Positions 10,079 to 19,562 of a stretch of 60,169 nucleotides of DNA are shown here, in pieces. Where the stretch lies: the IMG/VR virus record IMGVR_UViG_3300028572_000013, positions 1 through 60,169 of that record, one strand, 5' to 3'. The DNA comes from a virus. Lineage: Duplodnaviria; Caudoviricetes. The notes under the pieces were generated by a model, which worked only from the letters and a program-made list of their open reading frames with translations, was not told where the DNA came from and did not search any database. Made by a program: the position numbers and the translations under genes. The first letter of the stretch is position 1. Every line of letters starts with the position of its first letter.

Positions 10079-10280
10079 CTCTTTTCCAGAATAGGTAATG
10101 GCCGCAGGTTGGGCACTTATCATGTTTCTTACTTACGTTTTTCTCGACACCATTGCGGGACATAGTCTTAGACTTCCGTGCAGCCATGTCCAAATGTAAA
10201 CATATCTCACTATCGCAGATAGCTTGAAACGTGTAAGTCTTAATCTTTTCATCTTCATCAAATAGATCAAAATAGTTCAT
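10065..10280 (-). CDS. Small Zn-ribbon protein
   Basis: AGGAGG RBS; CDSEIC...CPTCG. Confidence 0.65.
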   Translation of the reverse strand: MNYFDLFDEDEKIKTYTFQAICDSEICLHLDMAARKSKTMSRNGVEKNVSKKHDKCPTCGHYLFWKRDEID

Positions 10281-10440
10281 ACATCCCTCCTACGGGATTA
10301 TTAATTAATAGTAGTATAAACACTAACAATGCTATTACACTAATAAATACTACTATTTTTTTGTTAGACATACTAAAACTCCTTAGTTATTACTTTACGG
10401 AACTTCCAACAAGTTGTCAACTTTTGTCTATTACGTAAGT

Positions 10441-10935
10441 CTAGCGAAAGTCTTTATTATCGTAATTTGATTTTCCGAGATTGCAGTCTCTGCATAAGAC
10501 TTGAAGGTTCTCAAATACTAAGGCTAAATCATATCTTATGCTGATGGGTTCAATATGATCTACGTGCATCTCACCCTTAGTTCTACCACAGCACATACAG
10601 GTTCTACCGTATGTTGCAAACACTTTGTATCGTAGTTCTAGCCATTCCTGTGACCTATAGAAGTCCTTTCTATGGTTTTGTCGAGCATGCTTATGCTCCT
10701 TTCGTTTCTTAGATGCAAATTTTCTCGATGTGTCCCTCGGTGAAAGCTGTATCTGAGGACTCACCGCTCGTGGACCTACGGCTACATAACACTTCTCAGA
10801 ACAACATCCCTGATCTTGGTGTACTAATCCCTTAACCCATGAGTAGAATTCTCTACAAGCTCTACACTCTCTCATCTTCTTTCGCATACACTTGTCTCCT
10901 GTTGCATCTATTAGAATTCTAGGTTTCAGCAACAT
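10441..10935 (-). CDS. HNH endonuclease with N-terminal Cys cluster
   Basis: FYRSQEW..R; CMCCG; HVDHIEP; NLQVLCRDCN. Confidence 0.88.
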   Translation of the reverse strand: MLLKPRILIDATGDKCMRKKMRECRACREFYSWVKGLVHQDQGCCSEKCYVAVGPRAVSPQIQLSPRDTSRKFASKKRKEHKHARQNHRKDFYRSQEWLELRYKVFATYGRTCMCCGRTKGEMHVDHIEPISIRYDLALVFENLQVLCRDCNLGKSNYDNKDFR

Positions 10936-11205
10936 ACACCTAGATAACTACCGGATATTAGTAGAGATGTCTTTATTGATAGCGTTTACTACAGCTTTTG
11001 AGTGTGTAGCTACTCATCCCTTACGGGCCATGCAATTGGTTGCTATCGCAATTTATCTCTAGTTTACACAGAATCTTTAGTGGCTTGGCTCTTACAAGTA
11101 CAGAGTGATCTCCAGCATCTCACTTAAATTCAATGTTTTGGTAAGCCTTATTAGGTACTTACGCTTTGCCTTTCTTTATAGTTCGTAAGGCTACGCATCA
11201 ACTTA
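10936..11205 (-). ncRNA. Candidate structured RNA/long leader upstream of the HNH gene
   Basis: No ORF in the track; nested helices (see findings); promoter immediately upstream. Confidence 0.5.
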
Positions 11206-11216
11206 TCTGTATTATA

Positions 11217-11232
11217 GGCATATTGTGTGCCA
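11217..11232 (-). promoter_or_regulatory. Sigma54-like promoter TGGCACACAATATGCC
   Basis: TGGCAC with GG-N10-GC spacing; a TATAAT lies directly downstream. Confidence 0.5.
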
Positions 11233-11316
11233 AAAGTAAAGCATTCTTTACTAATATTAATTATAATAAAGTATATTTAACTTTACAAAGTGGTGCTTTT
11301 CAGATATTCTCTAATT

Positions 11317-11399
11317 GTTAGTCCAACTATATCCCTCCTCTCGGAAGGCCTACAACGTATCAATCGATACATCACAAGTTGTAGGCCTTCCTTCTCTTT
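11317..11399 (+). ncRNA. Candidate ~80-nt sRNA with terminator-like stem
   Basis: TTTACA-17-TATTCT promoter; 14-bp perfect stem 11343-11356/11378-11391; pyrimidine tail. Confidence 0.45.
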
Positions 11400-11438
11400 A
11401 GTATTGACTATTATAGGTAAATTATGTAATATAATACT

Positions 11439-11807
11439 ATGAGTACCGAGAAATTAAATCAATTAGACGAAATAGCGCAGATAATCGCGATAGAAAACTT
11501 TAAGATAATGCAGGCACTCCCTACAGATGGAACTATAGATCCGATAATCCCAATGGTTACAAGGACTTTCAGATTTTATCTACAACTAGTGATCCTACAT
11601 GTTTTAAATAGTAAATATAAAGAAGGGATGACCAAGGAGGAGGCTTATGAAGCCGTTCAACAGAATTTCCTGGTATTTAAATCTCTTCTGCAAGATAACA
11701 TAGCAGAAGGATTCGATGCCGCCTTTAAAACGTATGCAGGTCAAACTCTAGACTATTACTGCATAATTAGTCCATTCCCTAAACCTGTAAATAAGGAAAT
11801 GATATGA
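11439..11807 (+). CDS. Hypothetical protein (probably leaderless)
   Basis: TTGACT-17-TAATAT-6-ATG. Confidence 0.65.
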   Translation: MSTEKLNQLDEIAQIIAIENFKIMQALPTDGTIDPIIPMVTRTFRFYLQLVILHVLNSKYKEGMTKEEAYEAVQQNFLVFKSLLQDNIAEGFDAAFKTYAGQTLDYYCIISPFPKPVNKEMI

Positions 11808-11891
11808 TCTACCTAATATTGTTGGTTTTTATTGTATTTCCGGTGTTAACTACAATTATTATAGGCCTTCTAGCTTCAAACGCAGCAGGGA

Positions 11892-12338
11892 ATGAATAAT
11901 ATGAGACTAAATAAAGAAACTCAATACGCGTTGCTGTTAGGCATGTATTTAGCTCGATCCGGAAGATCCACGATTGGGACAGTAGTAGCTAATCTCAACC
12001 TTTCTACGAGTTTTTTACATAAAGTAGCAAATAACCTACGACGCCGCGGTATTCTAGAGAGTACTCGGGGACCCGGGGGAGGTTTTGAGCTTGCTAAAGA
12101 TGTCCGGATTATTGATATTTTCAATAGTATGGATGGTAATGGCTTTATGTCTCAAAGGGAAAGACTTCTTTTCGCAGCTGGTGTACCTGAAGAACGCATG
12201 TTAGAATTAATAATATCTAACATGAGTTTAGCTATCTGGCCTGTACTGAATAAGACCCTGAAGCAGTTTGTGTCAGAATTAACACAGACAGAATTGAAAC
12301 AATTAAATACGTTAACCGCAGAATCCTTGGAGCAATAA
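11892..12338 (+). CDS. Rrf2-family transcriptional regulator
   Basis: MRL..ETQYAL; LSTSFLHKV..L.R.GILESTRGPGGGFELAK; no Fe-S cysteines. Confidence 0.88.
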   Translation: MNNMRLNKETQYALLLGMYLARSGRSTIGTVVANLNLSTSFLHKVANNLRRRGILESTRGPGGGFELAKDVRIIDIFNSMDGNGFMSQRERLLFAAGVPEERMLELIISNMSLAIWPVLNKTLKQFVSELTQTELKQLNTLTAESLEQ

Positions 12339-12339
12339 T

Positions 12340-12591
12340 ATGCAATTTCCCTTTCTTAATAACCCGGATACCGGTAAACCCGATGAGATGGTCACAGTAA
12401 CTTTAATAGTTACTTTAGCCGCCGTTTTTAGATTCTTAGTAGACGGAATGACTCTTAATATATTAGGACATGTATTAACTTTCACAAAATTAGATTCTAG
12501 CGTATATATCGCATTATTAGGACCTGTTTTAGGTTCTCATGCATTTATAAAAGGTAAAGGAGTCGACAATGCAGTTAACAACAAGAAATAA
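12340..12591 (+). CDS. Small membrane protein, holin candidate
   Basis: Two hydrophobic segments and a basic C-terminus. Confidence 0.45.
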   Translation: MQFPFLNNPDTGKPDEMVTVTLIVTLAAVFRFLVDGMTLNILGHVLTFTKLDSSVYIALLGPVLGSHAFIKGKGVDNAVNNKK

Positions 12592-13054
12592 AATAATACT
12601 CGTAGTAATATACACTGGATTAGCCGTTGCAGCTGGTCGATATATGACTCCTGAGAAAGTAAAGGTTGAAACAAAGATTGTGGAAGTTGAGAAAAAGACT
12701 GATGATAAAGATATGGCGAAAGAAGACGTTAAGCATAAACATGTTGTAGTAACACAAGATACTAAACCTTCCGGAGAGACTATTGTTACTACAGATACAA
12801 CCTATGATGACACCGAGGCAGAGAGTTCTCAGGAGATTAAAACAGACACCTCTTCGAAGGAAGAAGCGGTAGTAAAAGAGACGGTTTATAACAACGGACG
12901 AGTGACTTTATCAGCTCTTGGAGGCCTTAACCTTTCTACTTTGAAGCCTGTTTACGGTGCATCTGTGGTTAAACCAATTATAGGACCTGTGGCAGTCGGT
13001 ATTTGGGGTTTATCTGATGGTTCATGTGGGGTATCCGTGGGGTTACAGTTCTAA
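12569..13054 (+). CDS. Membrane-anchored protein, possible spanin-like
   Basis: N-terminal TM, charged linker, amphipathic beta C-terminus ending in Phe. Confidence 0.45.
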   Translation: MQLTTRNKIILVVIYTGLAVAAGRYMTPEKVKVETKIVEVEKKTDDKDMAKEDVKHKHVVVTQDTKPSGETIVTTDTTYDDTEAESSQEIKTDTSSKEEAVVKETVYNNGRVTLSALGGLNLSTLKPVYGASVVKPIIGPVAVGIWGLSDGSCGVSVGLQF

Positions 13055-13089
13055 TTGACTTGTTTATGTAACTCTAGTATGCTCGTTAT

Positions 13090-13785
13090 ATGAACTACCT
13101 TGTTATCCTTACCTCATTACTAATCCACAGCGTATGTTGTGCTCAACAGTTACGTGTAGCTATAATTGACAGCGGTTTAGATATTAACGATGGCCGGTTT
13201 AAGGACCACCTGTGTAAATCAGGACATACGAATCTAGTAAGCCACGAAACCCTCAATGATGTAAATGGTCACGGAACCTGTGTAACAAGCCTCGTACAGG
13301 AATATGCAAAAGGCTCTGATTATTGCTTATTAATATACAAATTTTATGGCAAGACGAGCAGTTACAGTGAGACGGTTAAACGAGAAGTTACAGCGATCCA
13401 ACTTGCTATAAATAATCATGCCAATATTATTAATTTATCAGCTGGAGGCGCTACATACAGCCGTCAGGAACATATTCTAATACAAAAGAATCCTAACATT
13501 ACATTTGTTGTCGCTTCCGGCAATGATGGATTAGATCTAGACGCTGGCAACAATAGGTTCTATCCTGCCTCTCTTAATGAATCTAACATAATCGCCGTAG
13601 GAGCCAATAGGGCAACAGAAGAAATAGCTAAATTCTCTAACTATGGATCGACCGTTAAGAACTATGAAGTCGGCGACCGAGTAAGCTGTGCAGCAATTGG
13701 AAAAGGTAATAGATATTTATCTGGAACTTCGTTATCTGCCGCCATTTTTTCCGGTAAATTAATAAATAAGCGAGGAGTTAAATAA
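13090..13785 (+). CDS. Secreted S8 subtilisin-like protease
   Basis: Signal peptide; VAIIDSG, NGHGT, ASGN, SGTS. Confidence 0.9.
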   Translation: MNYLVILTSLLIHSVCCAQQLRVAIIDSGLDINDGRFKDHLCKSGHTNLVSHETLNDVNGHGTCVTSLVQEYAKGSDYCLLIYKFYGKTSSYSETVKREVTAIQLAINNHANIINLSAGGATYSRQEHILIQKNPNITFVVASGNDGLDLDAGNNRFYPASLNESNIIAVGANRATEEIAKFSNYGSTVKNYEVGDRVSCAAIGKGNRYLSGTSLSAAIFSGKLINKRGVK

Positions 13786-14097
13786 CATGAAATACTTAAT
13801 TATTATGGGGTTTGTGATTTTTTCCGGGTGTTCGACTGATACTCTAAGAGGTAGAAGTTGTACTGATATATGTCTTAGTGGTTCAAAACTTGAACAAAAA
13901 CATGAATGTGGTTGCGAAAGAGGTGTAAGATGGTTATGAGAATAATATGGGATGTAGTGCTGATTGTCGTAATATCAAGTCTAGCATGGTTAGCGGGTTT
14001 TAATTTTGGATGGAATAGAAGCGAATGGGTTACCTTAACGTTCAATCCTTCTTGCACTGGCGTGTATAAAAGTGTAAGATAAAGACAAGGAGTAAAT

Positions 14098-14376
14098 ATG
14101 TTGACTGATAAATTACTAACTAAAATTGAAAAGATCTTAGGTAAAGAAACTATGGCAGAATTAGAAGCTTTAGATTCCAACATGCTTAAAGATCATATTG
14201 TTGCGGCCGAGCATTCAATTATGGAAGCTCAACGAGAGTTGGAAGCTAACTCTAAGTATCAAGAGCTTAAGGAAAGCCTTAAAGCATTGTCTGAAGGCTT
14301 TAAAGAAGTGAAAAAACGACAAAACGCGATGATCCGGTACAATCTTTCACTACTTGAAGATAAAGGTGAAAAATGA
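14098..14376 (+). CDS. Hypothetical coiled-coil protein
   Basis: AAGGAG RBS. Confidence 0.7.
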   Translation: MLTDKLLTKIEKILGKETMAELEALDSNMLKDHIVAAEHSIMEAQRELEANSKYQELKESLKALSEGFKEVKKRQNAMIRYNLSLLEDKGEK

Positions 14377-14555
14377 TTACTAAAGAAAAGATGATGAGTT
14401 TGATCAAGTATAAAGATGGCCTAGAAGATAAGCTAAAAGGTGAAGTACCCCCAAAGCATAAAAACCATCCTAATAGCTATCATGAGTTCTTAAAACAGGA
14501 AATTAAGATGGTATCAGTTAAGATTGAAGCAGCAAAGCTCGAAGGAACTAAATAA
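14373..14555 (+). CDS. Hypothetical protein
   Basis: ATGA overlap. Confidence 0.6.
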   Translation: MITKEKMMSLIKYKDGLEDKLKGEVPPKHKNHPNSYHEFLKQEIKMVSVKIEAAKLEGTK

Positions 14556-14667
14556 TGAAACGATTAAAAAAGCATGTCGCCCGTAAGCTAATAGTATTAG
14601 GGAAAAGAAAATTGTTAAAACCTAAAGATGAAGCAATTTTACGTGAATTCTTGGATAAGGTAAACAA

Positions 14668-15051
14668 ATGAGAGACTTAAAGACATTTATTGAGAAATAT
14701 GCGGCATTACTTCCTGTCGGAACCTCTATTAGTTTCACGGACGCCGAACGCAGGGCTAGCGAGTTTTTAACTGCACAAGCTACGATTACGGATTTCCGTC
14801 ACTTATTAACTACTGAGAGAATTAAATGTCTTACAGTCCAAACAGCTGTCTTTGCTCAACAAATGTCTAAAGGAGCAGGAAAAACTGTAACTCAAGATAA
14901 GCTAAATGCTGAAGCTTCGGATGAATATATCCATGCTAGAGAAGATTTAGAAAATATAGAGAACGATTTAGCATATTTGAGGGCTTATTACGATATATTC
15001 AACAATGCTCATATTTTCTATAGAAACATGGCGAAAGGTGAAAATGTCTAA
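14668..15051 (+). CDS. Hypothetical helical protein, possible recombination mediator (UvsY-like position)
   Basis: Directly upstream of the RecA-like gene. Confidence 0.45.
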   Translation: MRDLKTFIEKYAALLPVGTSISFTDAERRASEFLTAQATITDFRHLLTTERIKCLTVQTAVFAQQMSKGAGKTVTQDKLNAEASDEYIHAREDLENIENDLAYLRAYYDIFNNAHIFYRNMAKGENV

Positions 15052-15910
15052 ATTTAACATGAATGAACTAGCTAATGAAGTTCGTAAAAACTTTAAAGAT
15101 AATCCTAAGTTAGCTAAGCGCATCGGGGTCGGATCTAATCTCTCAAAGCTAGAGGATAAAGATTATATCATCCTCCCGGAGTGGTGGGAAAAATGTACAG
15201 GAGTTAAGGGCCTACCATTCGGAAAATTAGTAATGATCGCCGGGGATTCTGACTCAGGTAAGACATCTATGGCAATTGAAGCCATGAAAGCTGCTCAAGC
15301 GCAAGATGTGGGGATTATATATGTGGAGACAGAAAACAAAACGACTGAAGCCGACTTACGTAGTTGGGGCGTTGATCCAGACGGACTCTTACTCGTCCAA
15401 TCCTCAATCGCTGAAGAGGCTTTTGAACTTATGTTCGCAGCATGGGATGGATTCAAGAAAAGCTATCCGGCTAATAAGTTATTGGTTGTCTTTGACTCGA
15501 TCGGAAACGTCGTCTCTCAAAGAGATAGCGAAATCGATCTCATGGAGCAAAACTCCCAGCCTGGCGGAAAGGGTAAAATCAACCGCCTTGCATTGGCTAA
15601 GATGGTTTCGAAACGCGATGAAGACCAAGCAGCTATTTTAATTATCAATTATACTTATGATAATCTAGGCAGCCCTGGTAAAACTAATGCCGGGGGTAAA
15701 TCAGTAAACTTTTTTAGTTCACTAACCTTCCAAACTTCACGAAAAGGATGGCTAGAAAAAACTGTTAAAGGTGAAAAAATCAGATATGGTGCTTTAGTTA
15801 GGTGGGTTAATTTTAAAAATCATTTAGACAGATCCGGCAATAAAAAGAAAGAATTTGATTTAAAGATTACTTCTGAAGGAATAAGTGTTTCGGGAGGATC
15901 GGATGAATGA
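15044..15910 (+). CDS. RecA/UvsX-like recombinase
   Basis: GLPFGK..IAGDSDSGKTS, VVFDSIG, GGKSVNFFSS; ATG 15044. Confidence 0.88.
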   Translation: MSKFNMNELANEVRKNFKDNPKLAKRIGVGSNLSKLEDKDYIILPEWWEKCTGVKGLPFGKLVMIAGDSDSGKTSMAIEAMKAAQAQDVGIIYVETENKTTEADLRSWGVDPDGLLLVQSSIAEEAFELMFAAWDGFKKSYPANKLLVVFDSIGNVVSQRDSEIDLMEQNSQPGGKGKINRLALAKMVSKRDEDQAAILIINYTYDNLGSPGKTNAGGKSVNFFSSLTFQTSRKGWLEKTVKGEKIRYGALVRWVNFKNHLDRSGNKKKEFDLKITSEGISVSGGSDE

Positions 15911-15985
15911 AAATGACATTTTACGCTGTTGTACAGAAAATCGTAAATCTAGTTTCTTATAAAGATGTAGTAGGAGAAGAATAAC

Positions 15986-16189
15986 ATGAAAGCTACTTTA
16001 AGTTTTAAACTACCCGAAGAGAATGAAGAGTTTCAATTGGCTCAAAATGGTATGCATTATAGTAATGTTATTGATGAATTAGATAACTTTTTACGTTCTA
16101 AGTTAAAGTACGAAACATTATCCGAGATTGAATCAGAAGTCTATAAAGCTGTAAGAGATAAACTCTGGGAGCTGAAAGGTAATGAGTAA
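15986..16189 (+). CDS. Small phage protein
   Basis: AGGAG RBS; MKATLSFKLPEE. Confidence 0.7.
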   Translation: MKATLSFKLPEENEEFQLAQNGMHYSNVIDELDNFLRSKLKYETLSEIESEVYKAVRDKLWELKGNE

Positions 16190-17177
16190 ACCGTTTGCGG
16201 TCCTAATTTCGGACATTCACTTTAATGTTAATGCGTTACTTTGGGCATCTTCGTCGTTAAGACAAGCATTAAATCGCGCAACAAATCTTGGCACTCCTCT
16301 AATTATAGCCGGTGATCTTAACGATACTAAAGCTATAATTAGAGGTGAAGTGGCAAATGTCATAATAGAAATCCTTAGTCGAGCTAGCATAAAAGTTTTT
16401 ATATTAGTCGGCAACCACGACTTACTTAGCGAGAAGACTAAAGAAAGTGGACTCGATTACCTAAAACCTTATGCTACAGTTATAAATAAGGTAACAAAAC
16501 TTACGGATAATGTTACGCTATTACCATATTATAACGATTCTGCGGAGATTAGTAACATCTTGTCCGCAGAACCTGCAGGGAATACAGTCATAATGCATCA
16601 AGGTTTTAGGGGTGCCATGATGGGCGACTACATACAAGACAAAACCTCTGTAGACCCAAAGTTAGCTTCACATCTACGTGTGTTTTCAGGACATTATCAT
16701 AGACACCAGACAATAGGAACCATAACTTACATTGGTAGCCCTTACACCATAACCTTCGGCGAAGCTAACGACGGCCCCAAGGGTTTTTTAGTATTAAACG
16801 AGGACGGCACGTATGAGCAGATTCCAACTAACCTTCGAAAGCATGTAATTATTGAAGGTGCTGGGGATGATGAAGGATTTTCCGTAGATTGGGATAAAGT
16901 CCATTCTATTGGAGACAGTGACCTAATATGGGTTAAATTAAGAGGTTCTCAGTCGAATCTCGCTAAGATCGATAAGATACAATTGGGAAATTTATTATTT
17001 AACCATTCTAACTATAAATTAGACTTAATACCGACGGATTCTACCGTTAATGACGCTACTCCTATCGATAAGACTAACGAAGAGATATTCGATAGTATTA
17101 TAGATAGCCTCTCCGACTCCAAAGAGCACAAAGACTATTTAAAGACATTATATCGGAGTATTATATGCAACTCTTAA
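16182..17177 (+). CDS. SbcD/Mre11-like nuclease
   Basis: SDIH, AGD, GNHD, HQ, SGHYH; adjacent to SbcC-like gene. Confidence 0.9.
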   Translation: MSKPFAVLISDIHFNVNALLWASSSLRQALNRATNLGTPLIIAGDLNDTKAIIRGEVANVIIEILSRASIKVFILVGNHDLLSEKTKESGLDYLKPYATVINKVTKLTDNVTLLPYYNDSAEISNILSAEPAGNTVIMHQGFRGAMMGDYIQDKTSVDPKLASHLRVFSGHYHRHQTIGTITYIGSPYTITFGEANDGPKGFLVLNEDGTYEQIPTNLRKHVIIEGAGDDEGFSVDWDKVHSIGDSDLIWVKLRGSQSNLAKIDKIQLGNLLFNHSNYKLDLIPTDSTVNDATPIDKTNEEIFDSIIDSLSDSKEHKDYLKTLYRSIICNS

Positions 17178-18772
17178 GCATTGATTTATCAAATTTTGGT
17201 AGTTATGAAAAATTAGAGTTTGATTTCAGAGACTTAGGTTTATCACTGGTCTCAGGACCAACAGGAAGTGGTAAAAGCACACTTCAAGACGGTCCATACT
17301 GGGTTATGTTTGGCGAAACCGCTAAAGGCGGTAATGTTGATGAAGTGAGATCTTGGTTCACATCTGACCCCACTGTTGGTATTTTATCGCTGGAAGTAGA
17401 TGGCAAAATCTTAACAATTACGCGCATTAGAGGTACCCATTCTCAGAATGACCTTTATTGGAGTGAAGCTGGTACCGTTTATAGAGGCAAGGATATATCA
17501 GAAACTCAAAAGCTCCTGGAGACTAGGCTTAGAGTGCAAGCCGAGAGTTTTGCTGCTGCTACCTACTTTAATGAGTTTAGCCCAGCAGGTTCATTTTTCC
17601 TAAATAAAGCTAAAGAACGAAGAAGTCTATTTGATAAGCTTGTAGACTTAAACTTTCCAGCCACTATTAAAAGGAGGGCTACAGATGAAATCAAAGAAGT
17701 TAAAAAGAACCTCGAACGTGCGCAAGCCCGCGACAATAAAATTCTTGGAAGATTGGAACAGTTACGATCAACACTGGAGGAACATATCCGTCATCGTGAT
17801 AGATGGGACAACGTACAAAAGCGAACCTTGGCAGAACTCAAAGCTAAGGCGGAAGGTTACGAAAACTACAAAACGCAAGAGATTGCTGAATTAAAAGTTA
17901 AAGAGTTACAGTTTGAAGAAAACCGTAAGTACAACATAAAACTTATAGAAAGCCGAATGTTTGACAGAAAAGCAGCATTATTAAACGATCGAACGTGCCC
18001 GCACTGCGGTGTTTTTAATGAAAATCATTCCCAGTCGCTAACGGAACTAAACACGGATCAAGAATTTCTGGTCGAAGCAGAGAAGAATAAATCTAATCCG
18101 TTTACTACGGAGCTTAAACAGTTGCACTATGCAACTAATCCGCATGAAGAAGCATTTGTTAAACAAGAAATGGCTACAAATCCACATGTGTACGCTGCTG
18201 CAGAAATGTATAATGAATTACAGCACTTAGAGAAGCAATTAAGAGATATCGGTACGCAAGCTCAATTGTTAAAAGAAACCTTATCGGCTTTAGGTCAGAT
18301 TAGTGATTTAACTGCGGATTTACGGTCAATATTATTACATAGATCAGTTAAAGCTATTGAAAAGCAAACTAATACGTATCTAGAACAATACTTTGAGTCG
18401 GCTATTAGGGTACTTTTTGACACCAAAAATGATGACTCTTTAGATGTGACTGTCACTAAAGATGGTTACGAAGCTACATACAAACAACTCTCCAAAGGAC
18501 AACGCGGACTCTTAAAGTTATGTTTCGCGGTGTCAGTTATGACAGCCGCTGCCAATAAAGTCGGAATACATTTTAACCTATTAATGCTAGATGAGGCGTT
18601 AGACGGTCTCGATAGTGATCTAAAAGTCAAAGCTTTTAATCTTTTGTCTGAATTAGAGAAAGATCATGCTAGCATATTAGTGATTGATCACGCACAAGAA
18701 CTTAAGTCTTTATTTAACCGACGGTTTGACGTATTCTTAGAGCAGGATAGAAGTTTTATTAGGGAGGTTTAA
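17165..18772 (+). CDS. SbcC/Rad50-like ATPase
   Basis: GPTGSGKST, coiled coil with CPHC hook, LSKGQ, LLMLDE. Confidence 0.92.
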   Translation: MQLLSIDLSNFGSYEKLEFDFRDLGLSLVSGPTGSGKSTLQDGPYWVMFGETAKGGNVDEVRSWFTSDPTVGILSLEVDGKILTITRIRGTHSQNDLYWSEAGTVYRGKDISETQKLLETRLRVQAESFAAATYFNEFSPAGSFFLNKAKERRSLFDKLVDLNFPATIKRRATDEIKEVKKNLERAQARDNKILGRLEQLRSTLEEHIRHRDRWDNVQKRTLAELKAKAEGYENYKTQEIAELKVKELQFEENRKYNIKLIESRMFDRKAALLNDRTCPHCGVFNENHSQSLTELNTDQEFLVEAEKNKSNPFTTELKQLHYATNPHEEAFVKQEMATNPHVYAAAEMYNELQHLEKQLRDIGTQAQLLKETLSALGQISDLTADLRSILLHRSVKAIEKQTNTYLEQYFESAIRVLFDTKNDDSLDVTVTKDGYEATYKQLSKGQRGLLKLCFAVSVMTAAANKVGIHFNLLMLDEALDGLDSDLKVKAFNLLSELEKDHASILVIDHAQELKSLFNRRFDVFLEQDRSFIREV

Positions 18773-18865
18773 AATGCTTCGAGAATTTACACGAATAATA
18801 ATAATAATAGGATATATAATAGCTTATATTGTTATTTTTATGATTTTAATTGGTTTGGGGTTACG

Positions 18866-19336
18866 ATGAATGAACGTATAACTAGCCGAGAACGAGGTTT
18901 GATTAAGGGCGCTCTTCGAAGAGTCTTTTCCCGATCCGATCTAAGACGCGATGTGATAGCGACGAGCATTATAAAACATACTGATCCACGGAGGCCTAGG
19001 GTAAAAGCTTGGGGATTATGCGCAGTGTGTAGAAAACACACCCCTAAGAGCTACCTCGTAGTCGATCATATTTTACCGTTAATTCCTGTGGACCAATCCT
19101 TTGAAGAAATGTCTATGGATACATTTTTAGATAGATTATGGTGTGATCCATCAAATTTACAAGCAATTTGCGAAATTTGTCACTTTACAAAAACCTCACA
19201 AGAGGGTAAACTCAGAAGAGAATTTAAGAAATCCCTTAAGGAGACTAAACATGTCCGAAATCAAATTAATAAGAGGCCAAGTACGCCAAATCGTAAAAGA
19301 AGAACTACCAAACATTCTAAAAGAACAGTTATTTGA
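18866..19336 (+). CDS. HNH-family nuclease
   Basis: CAVC..VVDHILP..NLQAICEICH..KT. Confidence 0.8.
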   Translation: MNERITSRERGLIKGALRRVFSRSDLRRDVIATSIIKHTDPRRPRVKAWGLCAVCRKHTPKSYLVVDHILPLIPVDQSFEEMSMDTFLDRLWCDPSNLQAICEICHFTKTSQEGKLRREFKKSLKETKHVRNQINKRPSTPNRKRRTTKHSKRTVI

Positions 19337-19553
19337 AGAATTGAAGAAACACGTAGATTCTCGCATGAATGAAGTCCAAAAGTTTGTTAAAGAAACTATG
19401 GATCTTATGAATACTAGGCAGAAAGAGGTATTGAAGTACCTCGTTGAAAGTTATGTAGGAAATCCTAACGATAAAGCTGAAGATGGTCTAGGTTCTACTG
19501 TGGAGACGGAGCAAGCTAAGAAAGATTCAATCGTTACAAGCTTCGAAGAATAA
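19251..19553 (+). CDS. Hypothetical protein
   Basis: AAGGAG RBS before ATG 19251. Confidence 0.65.
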   Translation: MSEIKLIRGQVRQIVKEELPNILKEQLFEELKKHVDSRMNEVQKFVKETMDLMNTRQKEVLKYLVESYVGNPNDKAEDGLGSTVETEQAKKDSIVTSFEE

Positions 19554-19562
19554 GAGGAAATA

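Noticed and set aside
10441-10935. IscB/Cas9-like RNA-guided nuclease
   Set aside because: Only 164 aa with no RuvC motifs; retained only as an HNH with an upstream RNA candidate
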